Part shown: piece after piece, positions 1-7,976 of the stretch
Layout of the letters: every line of letters starts with the position of its first letter
How positions within the stretch are numbered: position 1 is the first letter of the stretch
Assembly: GCA_043813605.1 (NCBI GenBank)
Contig: JBDRKX010000093.1
Location: 1 to 13,865, forward strand
Length of the DNA: 13,865 bases
Reading direction: 5' to 3'
From: Elusimicrobiota bacterium
Lineage (GTDB): Bacteria; CG03; SLGR01; JBDRKX01
Translations under genes and position numbers: made by a program
Notes under the pieces: model-generated
The model's database searches: none
The model's input: only the letters and a program-made list of their open reading frames with translations
Told to the model about the DNA's origin: nothing

Positions 1-130
1 TAACTCGTCATCTTTCATTCCAATACACGGGCGAACCTGTTTGTGGGCATAATGTAAATGATCTTTAACATTTTCAAATGAGTCGACGAATGCCCTCCGG
101 GTTACATTTTAGATGATTTGATTCGGTGAT

Positions 131-159
131 TTGACAATATAATAAAAAATATTGATAAT
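131..159 (+). promoter_or_regulatory. sigma70-type promoter for the propeller/PorV-like operon
   Basis: TTGACA (131-136), 17-bp spacer, GATAAT (154-159); SD-like AAGGGAG at 179-185 before ATG 193. Confidence 0.65.
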
Positions 160-192
160 TTTTTAATATATTTTTATTAAGGGAGAATAGTT

Positions 193-1744
193 ATGAATAA
201 AAAGGCTTTAACACTGGTTTTCTTGCTGTGTCTGGTTGTTTACAACGGTTTCTGTGATACGCTTGACTGGGTTGCTGCAGGCGGCGCGGGTATCGATGAC
301 AGCGCCAATACTGCACTGCATCCCGGCGGCATATTTAACGGTTCACTTCTTATCGGGCCGGAAAACTCATCGAGCGGCGGCGCCATATACGGTTATGACG
401 GGACTGATTTCACATCTGCGATGCGTTAATGGTCAAGCGATAATACAGGAATACTGCCGGCGTTCCAATCATATAACGACTATGTATATGCATGGTCAAA
501 CAACTCTGCTTCCGGCGCCGAAATATGGAAAAGGGATGTTACGGGGAGCATATGGAACCAGGTATGTCCTAACGATTTCTGTAACGGTATGAACGGTGAT
601 TCTAGTAATTTTCAGATAACTGGTGAATCTGTTGTCAGCGGTATTTCGGCAAGTACATTGCTCAATGGGGATATGTTCATAGGGATAACAAATTACATGG
701 GTTGCGAGATATGGCAGACCAGCGACGGCAGTACGTGGACACAGGACGCTAAAGCAGGCAATAGCGATACGGATATGTTTAGTCCGGTGATACCCTGTGT
801 AGGAAATTTTACTGCAATAATGGGTGCGATACTTAACGGCTATATTTTTGCCGGTACGTATCATATACCGTGCTGCGGCCCGCCGCACAGGGGTGAACTG
901 TGGAGATCCGGGTCGCCCTGGGAACAGATAACCGAAGGATTCGGGGATGATGATAATTTAGGTGTAATACCTGCATATAAGCTTTTTAACGGTTATCTTT
1001 ATGTGGGAACATCGGTTGTAGATTCTTCTACTACTGTAGATGGAGCGGACATATGGCGGACTACAACCGGCAATAACTATAATTCACATATGAGTGAATG
1101 GGAAAAAGTGGTTGATTTTCATGCTGTGAACAACGGTACACAGCTTACCAATAATGACAGTAATTGCAGAGAAGTAACATCTTTTTCAGTTCCCGGTGAC
1201 GGCTATCTGTATGTAGCAGTGAAGAACACTAATACAGGCGCGGAAATATGGCGCACAAATGGAGAGTCATGGGAACAGGTGAACATCGACGGATTCGGTA
1301 CCGCTGCAAATACAGCCGCCTATCTTTCAAGAGAAAAGTTCAATAATACACTTTATGCGGGAACATCGAATTCTACGGGCGGGAGGATATATAAAGCCTA
1401 CATGGACTCGAATCCTATAACAATCACAACGGATACTTCGGATGCCGAGTATCGCGCAACGGACAGGGGAAGTACGACAATTGTCGGGTCCTCCAATAGA
1501 AAAGGAATAATCAATCCGGACAAAGGCGATATAGTAGAAGTAGCGTTTAAAGGCGATATGCCCGGGAAAATATATACTTAGGATATTCACGCTTCTCGGA
1601 GAATTGGTCTATGAAGAGACAAAGGACAGTCTTTCGGAAGGGAAATTTTCATGGATCCCGGGAGATATAGCATCGGGTATCTATATTGTCCACGTGGAAG
1701 GTCCTGGCGTCAATATACATAAGAAAATGGCCATTTTGAGATAA
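193..1744 (+). pseudogene. Secreted beta-propeller protein with T9SS/FlgD-Ig-like C-terminal sorting domain, disrupted (in-frame TAA 427-429; +1 frameshift near 1567-1570)
   Basis: ORFs 193-429 and 589-1581 share a frame, and 430-588 is open in it (WSSDNTGILPAFQSYNDYVYAWSNNSASGAEIWK). N-terminal signal peptide MNKKALTLVFLLCLVVYNGFC. Seven repeats of NG-x-L-Y-x-G-T...G-x-E-I-W. The shifted frame 1571-1744 reads YILRIFTLLGELVYEETKD...SWIPGDIASGIYIVHVEGPGVNIHKKMAILR*, a typical CTD pattern. The lesions may be sequence errors. Confidence 0.8.
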
Positions 1745-1790
1745 TCAGGATATGAGCAGGTTTATGAGTTTTATACATAAGGAGATGAAG

Positions 1791-2810
1791 ATGTTGAAAA
1801 AATATTTTATTGCAGTTCTGATTACGGTTATTGCCGTACAGACCGGGTTCACAGGGAAGACAGGCAAGACAGGCTGGATGATATTCAGGAAGGCCCGTTC
1901 GGCAAAGTTTAAGCCGATAACAGTCACTCCTGTGATGGCTGTACGCGGAGACCTTTCTGGCGTGTTCTATAATCCCGGAGTACTGGCGTTCAACACAAGA
2001 CAGGAGATATTCTTCCTGTCTGAACTGGGTTTATCAGAAGATATGTTCGGCGGTCTTGTATACGGGCATCCTCTGAAGAATGCATGTATAGCCGGAGGAC
2101 TGCTCTACTATGATGCCGGTAATATAGAGCTCAACTGGCTTGAAAGCGGGGTGTTGAAAAGCGATAATGTGAACGCGCAGAGAGATATACTTGGAATTGC
2201 TTCTTACGGACGCAAGATTAATGACCGTCTTGCGCTGGGTGTGACTGTTAAGATGGCAACAAGCAGGCTTGTGGAAAGAGCTTCGTCCAATGCTTTTGCG
2301 GCTGATGTGGGCGGATTGTTCGTTTTGCCGGAGAAAAATCTCAGTTTTACCGGAGCTGTGCAGAATCTGGGTTCTTCCAGTAAGTTTGTAGAAAAAGCCA
2401 ATCCGCTTCCGCTTTCGGCATTTCTGGGCGCGGGGTATGCGATTGAATTCGGCGAGTATTATATGACTCCCGGCTGCGATCTGACATACCTGATCGATGA
2501 GGAGAGGATGGTACCGGAACTCGGATTCGAACTCGGTAGAAACCCGTTCTCAGTGAATTTCGGATACAGTTTCAATGTCGCAGAAGCTAAATGGCATATC
2601 GGTTTTACTCTGCTGAAAGACAAGTATGACATAGCGTACGGATATCTTCCGGGTACTTATCTTGATGCAACTCACAGGATAAGCATGGGATTCGGGTTCG
2701 GTCCTGACAGGGCTATCGTCAGCCAGGAAGAAGCTCCGAAAAAAGTCACAAAGGAACCGGCTAAAAAGAAAGACAAAAAGTCTGAAGATAAAGACAAAGA
2801 GAAAAAATAG
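1791..2810 (+). CDS. PorV/PorQ-like (FadL-related) outer-membrane beta-barrel protein
   Basis: AAGGAG at 1779-1784 favours ATG 1791 over 1752. Signal peptide, family-like motifs DLSGVFYNPGVLA, LALGVTVK, AFAADVGG, GAVQNLG, and last strand THRISMGFGF; alternating amphipathic strands. Confidence 0.75.
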   Translation: MLKKYFIAVLITVIAVQTGFTGKTGKTGWMIFRKARSAKFKPITVTPVMAVRGDLSGVFYNPGVLAFNTRQEIFFLSELGLSEDMFGGLVYGHPLKNACIAGGLLYYDAGNIELNWLESGVLKSDNVNAQRDILGIASYGRKINDRLALGVTVKMATSRLVERASSNAFAADVGGLFVLPEKNLSFTGAVQNLGSSSKFVEKANPLPLSAFLGAGYAIEFGEYYMTPGCDLTYLIDEERMVPELGFELGRNPFSVNFGYSFNVAEAKWHIGFTLLKDKYDIAYGYLPGTYLDATHRISMGFGFGPDRAIVSQEEAPKKVTKEPAKKKDKKSEDKDKEKK

Positions 2811-2822
2811 CCGGCTGAACAG

Positions 2823-4976
2823 CTACTTGGTTTTCAGTTCCCAGACACCGTCCCAGTTGCCGTCGGGCGGATTATTCTTGTATTCATTACAGCGGGCAAG
2901 ATAGGTCCGTGACGGGCCGTCATCCGGTATCACTTTAAGTACGGAATTGAACATTATAATAGATTCATCCCATTTTCTTCCCTTGTAAAGCAAAATACCC
3001 TGTTTGAAGAGCCGTATGGCTTTCTGTTTTTCTTCAGGAAGTTCTCCCTTGAGGGCCATTAGCTCATAAACGTGTACCGGCTTGGTCTTGCCTTTTACCT
3101 TCAGGGCATCCAGTTCCCGCAGTTCAACTTCATTTTCCACATGCGCTTTCGTGAATTCGCTTATCATTAATCTTGTACCGTACTCTTTGTTTGCCGATTC
3201 AAGCCTTGCACCGAGATTGACCGAATCGCCCATGACAGTATAATCCATCCTGGTATTGGAACCCATATTGCCTACGATCATGTTGCCCGTATTAATACCG
3301 ATCCTCATGTTAAGGGGAGGCCTGTCTTCTGCCAGCCATTTTTCCTGCAGGCGTGCCAGTTCCTCAAAACAGTCCAATGCTGCTTTACAGCACCTGAGGG
3401 CGTGATCCGGCTGGTCAACAGGGGCGTTCCAGAAAGCCATGATGGCATCACCTTCATACTTGTCAAGAGTGCCTTCGTATTTGAATATTATGTTCGTCAT
3501 GGCTTCAAGATATTCGTTTATAAGATGGACAAGGTCTTCAGGTGAGAGGGATTCCGATATCGTAGTGAATCCTGACAGATCGGAGAAATAGACTGTCATC
3601 TCGCGTCTCTCACCGCCGAGTTTCAAAGAATCAGGATTCTTAAGTATCTTTGTAACAACCGAAGGAGTCATATATGTTGAAAAAACGTTCTTGATCATCT
3701 TCTTCTCTTGTTCTTCAGTTGCGTACTTATAGATGACTACTGAAAGGTCGCACAGGAAAATAACTAGCGAAGGATATACTATATGAAAACATATTCCGTA
3801 ATTAGCAAAAAGACTGTAATTGACGGCCACGTAAATTATGAGTATCAGTAAGGTGAAAATTATGCCGCGTACAGGGCTGAGTTTTGGTATGATGAATCCC
3901 ATTAAAATACCAAGGAATAATAAAAGAAGTATATCATGAGAAGTTTCAGACTCTCTGATAAATTGCCCGCTGATTATAGTATCCAGTATTGATATATGTA
4001 CTCCGACCATTGGATAACTGGGAAACAGGGGTATGGGATTGGCATCAACAGTTCCTGTCGCAGTTTGACCGACTAAAACAATCGAGTTCTTTAAATCCGT
4101 AAGATCTATCAGGGGTTCTTCTCCGTTCTTTATCTGGTTATAGGATTTAAGTATGAGTTCATAGGGATATGTGGATATCCCTTCTTCTCCGCTGGCATAA
4201 TTAACTATCATCTGACAGTGTGAATCCACCGGTATTTTCAAGGGAGTTTTTTTTGTGTCTTCAAATCTCAATAAAACGTATTTATCATCTATGAATTCAG
4301 TTTCATCGAATTTTACTCCAAGGAAATCACATGCAAGCCGGAAAGAGATCAGGGGGTATATTCTATCCGTATCACGGTATCTTGCAAAAAGCGGAGCTTT
4401 TCTTATGACTCCGTCCTCATCGGGAGAGCCGTCAGCATATCCTGTTCCTTTTAAAGTATTCAGAAGACCTTCGAGGGGTAGCGTGATAACATCCAGCGGT
4501 ATGAAATTTTCGTACTGTTCATTTTTTATCCCATACTGGAAAAAATTATTCTTGGGTATGATATTCTGTTCACCTAAAGAAAAATAAAAAGGATAATATA
4601 CATTCCCGGCTTTTTTTGTAGCGTTGAAAAGAGCCAGGTCGTCTTCCGGCCGTTCTGTATCAGGTTCCATAAAGAGTATATCAAACATTATCGAGGCAGG
4701 TTCGTATTCTGATAAAATATTGATCAGATCGGCATGAATGCTTCTTCTCCACGGCCATTTACCGATAGTCTGAAGGCTGGTATCATCTATCGTAACAAGC
4801 TTAACGGGACATGTAAGTGTTTTCCAGTCCCGCAGGCTGTATCTCATGTCAGATGCATTAAGCTCATATCTGTCAAGTATATGGAATATATATAATAAAA
4901 GAATAAAAAAGGTGACTAAAAGTGATATGAGCAGCCCGGGTATCCATTTAGGTAACTTTGTTTTAAATAGTTTCAT
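2823..4976 (-). CDS. CHASE2-domain membrane adenylate cyclase (class III) with C-terminal TPR-like region
   Basis: CHASE2 motifs IDDTSL..IGKWPWRR, FDILFMEP, DEDGVIR, VLVGQTATG, MVGVHI; three TM helices; catalytic motifs FSDLSGFT, DKYEGDAIMAFW, RIGINTG, DYTVMGDSVNLGARLE (Lys/Thr point to ATP specificity); tail PPDGNWDGVW. Confidence 0.95.
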   Translation of the reverse strand: MKLFKTKLPKWIPGLLISLLVTFFILLLYIFHILDRYELNASDMRYSLRDWKTLTCPVKLVTIDDTSLQTIGKWPWRRSIHADLINILSEYEPASIMFDILFMEPDTERPEDDLALFNATKKAGNVYYPFYFSLGEQNIIPKNNFFQYGIKNEQYENFIPLDVITLPLEGLLNTLKGTGYADGSPDEDGVIRKAPLFARYRDTDRIYPLISFRLACDFLGVKFDETEFIDDKYVLLRFEDTKKTPLKIPVDSHCQMIVNYASGEEGISTYPYELILKSYNQIKNGEEPLIDLTDLKNSIVLVGQTATGTVDANPIPLFPSYPMVGVHISILDTIISGQFIRESETSHDILLLLFLGILMGFIIPKLSPVRGIIFTLLILIIYVAVNYSLFANYGICFHIVYPSLVIFLCDLSVVIYKYATEEQEKKMIKNVFSTYMTPSVVTKILKNPDSLKLGGERREMTVYFSDLSGFTTISESLSPEDLVHLINEYLEAMTNIIFKYEGTLDKYEGDAIMAFWNAPVDQPDHALRCCKAALDCFEELARLQEKWLAEDRPPLNMRIGINTGNMIVGNMGSNTRMDYTVMGDSVNLGARLESANKEYGTRLMISEFTKAHVENEVELRELDALKVKGKTKPVHVYELMALKGELPEEKQKAIRLFKQGILLYKGRKWDESIIMFNSVLKVIPDDGPSRTYLARCNEYKNNPPDGNWDGVWELKTK

Positions 4977-4988
4977 GTTTTTTATTGG

Positions 4989-5954
4989 TTACAATATTCT
5001 TTCAAGAAACTTAAAAAGGAAAAATGCAAAAACAGCCGATCCGCTGGGTATTGTTATCCAGCCGATTACTATCTGGACTATCTGCCTGCCGCTTATTGCA
5101 TTGATGCCTCTTACCAGCCCTACTCCTGCCAGTGCTCCTACGATTGACTGCGATGTAGATATAGGTACTCCGATAATAGAGAAAAGGTGTACACCCAGTC
5201 CTCCGGCCAGCTGTGCTGTAAATGCGCCTGCAAGGTCAAGCGGTATTATATTCTTACTTATGGTTTCAGTGACTCTCCTGGAAAATGTCAGTGCTCCCAG
5301 AGCTATGGCAACACCGCCGGCTACTGTAAGCCAGAAGAATTTGTCAGGGTATTTGTTTACCAGCATACCCATTGCCGTACCGGCATGATTAGCACCGAGT
5401 GTATATGAAACATATGCAGCTGAGATAATAACGGCGATACCCATTATGCGGTTCCATAAATTCTGGTTTTTGGCCTTGTGCAAAAAGAACAGGATTAAGC
5501 GGTACATGATATATGCCATTATCATAGTAAGTATCGGGCAGAGTACCCAGCACATGATAATTTTTTTGATGACTGCGAACTTGATGTCAGCGGACTGTAA
5601 ACCGAAAGCTCCGATACCAACGCCTGCGACGCCTCCGACAATGGCCTGTGAAGTAGAGACAGGAAGCCGGAGTACGGTAGCGATTGTGACAAAAATGCCG
5701 GCTGATAACATGGCAACCAGTATGGCGAGTTCCGGCAGCTCGGCTTGTACAATCCCTTTCCCGATTGTCTCCATCACGTATTGGCCCTGCAATGCCGCTC
5801 CGAGTACGGCAAACACAGCTACAAATATTATACCCCGTTTGTACGAAAGTATACCTGAACCGACAGAAGTGCCGATACAGTTTCCTGCATCATTTGAACC
5901 AATGTTCCAGCCAACATAAAAACCGGCTAAAAGTAATATGCTAAAAATTATCAT
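4989..5954 (-). CDS. PiT (PHO4) family inorganic phosphate/anion transporter
   Basis: Very hydrophobic 321 aa; signature GSNDAGN; duplicated motifs LPVSTSQAIVG and VPISTSQSIVG. Confidence 0.92.
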   Translation of the reverse strand: MIIFSILLLAGFYVGWNIGSNDAGNCIGTSVGSGILSYKRGIIFVAVFAVLGAALQGQYVMETIGKGIVQAELPELAILVAMLSAGIFVTIATVLRLPVSTSQAIVGGVAGVGIGAFGLQSADIKFAVIKKIIMCWVLCPILTMIMAYIMYRLILFFLHKAKNQNLWNRIMGIAVIISAAYVSYTLGANHAGTAMGMLVNKYPDKFFWLTVAGGVAIALGALTFSRRVTETISKNIIPLDLAGAFTAQLAGGLGVHLFSIIGVPISTSQSIVGALAGVGLVRGINAISGRQIVQIVIGWITIPSGSAVFAFFLFKFLERIL

Positions 5955-6251
5955 TGTGTCTTAAACATTTATATAAGGTTTTTATTTTAAAAGGCAGTGT
6001 TGAAATATACATCCGGCAGTAATGATATATTTTTAAAAATTATTTCTAAAATACGTTTTGTATATGGATTGAAAATTTCAGTTGAGTGTGAGTTTAATTG
6101 ATATATTAATACGGGCATTTTCTTTACTTTGTATTTACTGTTTGTGTTTCTTTTTATTTTTATTTTTTTATAATCCGGCATGGCAAATATTTTTTATTTA
6201 TTGACTTAATATCTGCTTTTATTCCTTTTTATTTCATCATCCATAATTACT

Positions 6252-6280
6252 ACTATATTAAAAAAAATATCTTTTATCAA
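6252..6280 (-). promoter_or_regulatory. sigma70-type promoter pointing toward the pit-cyclase pair
   Basis: Minus strand TTGATA (6280-6275), 17-bp spacer, TATAGT (6257-6252); the region is AT-rich, so a chance match is possible. Confidence 0.45.
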
Positions 6281-6396
6281 GAATATCTTTGATCACATGG
6301 TAAAGTAATATCTTTTTGTATAAACCGGATTAAAATATTGGTTACAGTGCTTCAGTTTAAAACAGAATAAATGTATTTTTGAAAAATATTTCTGCG

Positions 6397-6414
6397 ATAT
6401 TTTGCGCAAAATAT
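6397..6414. promoter_or_regulatory. 18-bp perfect palindrome, candidate operator
   Basis: ATATTTTGCGCAAAATAT equals its own reverse complement and overlaps the first base of the -35 box at 6414. Confidence 0.5.
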
Positions 6415-6442
6415 TGACATAATATATTTTTATGGTTACAAT
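6414..6442 (+). promoter_or_regulatory. Near-consensus sigma70 promoter of the Lys-rich microgene
   Basis: TTGACA (6414-6419), 17-bp spacer, TACAAT (6437-6442). Confidence 0.8.
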
Positions 6443-6505
6443 ATTCGTTAGTGATAGGATTGCGTGGTTTAAAAGAGTAAAGTTAGTGTGACAGGAGGTA
6501 GAGTT

Positions 6506-6598
6506 ATGGCAACAAAGAAAAAAGTAGCACCGAAGAAAAAGGCCGCACCGAAGAAAGCTGCACCGAAGAAAAAAGCTGCTGCAAAAAAGAAAAAATAA
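6506..6598 (+). CDS. 30-aa Lys/Ala/Pro-rich histone H1-like basic microprotein (absent from the ORF track)
   Basis: MATKKKVAPKKKAAPKKAAPKKKAAAKKKK*; strong SD AGGAGGT at 6493-6499; flanked by a promoter and a terminator; three GCACCGAAGAAA repeats. Confidence 0.85.
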   Translation: MATKKKVAPKKKAAPKKAAPKKKAAAKKKK

Positions 6599-6679
6599 AG
6601 TAGCTTAATTACATGCAGAACGCAATTACCTGTCAATTTAATAACTGAAAGCATATCAGCTAAATTAGCAGAAAATACG

Positions 6680-6731
6680 GCGGGCAGGAGATATTGAAAT
6701 TTAAAAAAATATCCTGCCCGCTCTTTTTTTT
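6680..6731 (+). terminator. Rho-independent terminator
   Basis: GCGGGCAGG (6680-6688) pairs with CCTGCCCGC (6713-6721), with an inner ATATT/AATAT extension and a following T-run (6724-6731). Confidence 0.8.
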
Positions 6732-6779
6732 GGAAATACTGCCTTTAAACCTTTTGAAAACCTTTTTGAAAAACACAAC

Positions 6780-6807
6780 TTGAATAATAAGGTAAAATGA
6801 TTATAAT
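6780..6807 (+). promoter_or_regulatory. Candidate sigma70 promoter for the substrate-binding protein gene
   Basis: TTGAAT (6780-6785), 16-bp spacer, TATAAT (6802-6807). Confidence 0.45.
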
Positions 6808-6892
6808 ATTTATATATATTGATAAATATGCATATATAAACAATGATACTTTCGGAAAGAATTAAAAGAACGCGGGGGAGAGAGGAAATATA

Positions 6893-7945
6893 ATGAGATC
6901 AAATAAATATTTTAGGAAGATGGCATACGGAATTGTATATATAATGTTGTCCGCTGGCCTTCAATTATCTTTTGCAAAAAGTATTGCTATAATAATTGAT
7001 AAAAACATTAAACCGTATGAGACAGCTTTAGGCGGGTTTAAGCAGTTTCTTCAGGAAGACAACATAGCAGTTTCCGTCAAAATATATGATGTCGAAGGAG
7101 CAGGCTGGGTGCTTGACGGCAAAAAGATAAAAGACAGCAATCCTGATGTTATAGTGACATTCGGAGTTGAAACTACAAGGATGGCAAAAGAAGCTATAAG
7201 CGATATACCTATTGTTTTTTCAATGGTGTTCAATCCTGAAAAAGAGGGATTGGTCGATTCAATGGAAGTTCCCGGTAGGAATGTTACTGGTGTCTGTCTT
7301 GATATACCTGCGGCAGACCAGTTCAAAAAAATGAAATCGCTATTTCCGGAATTTAAAAAGGTAGGAGTGGTATATGATCCGGTAAATTCAGACAACTTTG
7401 TCAAAAAAGCGAAAAAAGCAGCAGTCTCGCACGGATTTGAGATGATAACACACAGTGTTAGTTCCAGCAATGAGATCATGCCGGCTTTTGAGAACCTGAA
7501 CGGGAATGTGGATTTGATATGGGCTATTCCGGATACAACGGTATATTCAAGCGCTGTTTTAAAGCGTATTCTGATGTTTACACTTAAGAACAAGATCCCA
7601 TTACTCGGATTCTCTGACAGTTTTGCAAGAGCGGGAGCATTGATGGGAATGTATTGCGATTTTGAAGACATAGGAAAACAGACTGCGGAACTTTCTATAA
7701 AAGTGCTTAACGGAAAAAATGCCGGAAGCACTCCGGTAAATAGTCCCAGAAACATAAAAGTTACACTTAATATTAATACGGCAAAAGTCCTTGGAATCAA
7801 TGTGAGTGAGGAGGTTCAGGGCATGGTAGATGAAGTACTGAGCCTGAGACCATCAGATGCGGGCCGCAACGGTTGCTTACTTGCACTATTGCCTGAAACA
7901 GCGGAAGATAAACGGAATATTGCAGGTGTATCTCTAAGATTCTAA
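6893..7945 (+). CDS. ABC transporter substrate-binding protein (ABC_sub_bind / PF04392-like)
   Basis: Signal peptide; motifs PDVIVTFG, DIPIVFSMVFNP, PGRNVTGV, KKVGVVYDP, DLIWAIPDTTV, GALMGM..DFEDIGKQTA, LNINTAKVLGI. Confidence 0.9.
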   Translation: MRSNKYFRKMAYGIVYIMLSAGLQLSFAKSIAIIIDKNIKPYETALGGFKQFLQEDNIAVSVKIYDVEGAGWVLDGKKIKDSNPDVIVTFGVETTRMAKEAISDIPIVFSMVFNPEKEGLVDSMEVPGRNVTGVCLDIPAADQFKKMKSLFPEFKKVGVVYDPVNSDNFVKKAKKAAVSHGFEMITHSVSSSNEIMPAFENLNGNVDLIWAIPDTTVYSSAVLKRILMFTLKNKIPLLGFSDSFARAGALMGMYCDFEDIGKQTAELSIKVLNGKNAGSTPVNSPRNIKVTLNINTAKVLGINVSEEVQGMVDEVLSLRPSDAGRNGCLLALLPETAEDKRNIAGVSLRF

Positions 7946-7976
7946 AAAACCTGTAGATAAAATCCACAAGACTAAT

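Noticed and set aside
1..120. Possible 5' end of a minus-strand gene leaving the window
   Set aside because: One frame is open, but it is too short and has no recognisable motif or clear start
236..1590. ORFs 236-592 (+), 496-888 (-) and 1327-1590 (-)
   Set aside because: Alternate-frame or antisense shadows of the propeller gene, with no recognisable motifs
193..1744. Diversity-generating retroelement target
   Set aside because: No reverse transcriptase, and no near-identical repeat pair differing at adenines, was seen in the window
4255..5919. Plus-strand ORFs 4255-4587, 4846-5388, 5187-5408 and 5446-5919, and minus-strand ORF 5522-5752
   Set aside because: They overlap the well-supported cyclase and PiT genes; typical shadow ORFs
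5987..6181. 64-aa minus-strand ORF as a confident CDS
   Set aside because: No SD or motif, and its composition follows the AT-rich DNA; kept only as part of the leader finding
6469..6654. Phe/Ala-rich 61-aa minus-strand ORF
   Set aside because: It is the antisense of the Lys-rich microgene, which has the promoter, SD and terminator
6747..6772. Short tandem AAACCTTTT(T)GAAAA repeat
   Set aside because: Two low-complexity copies only; not a CRISPR array and not distinguishable from background
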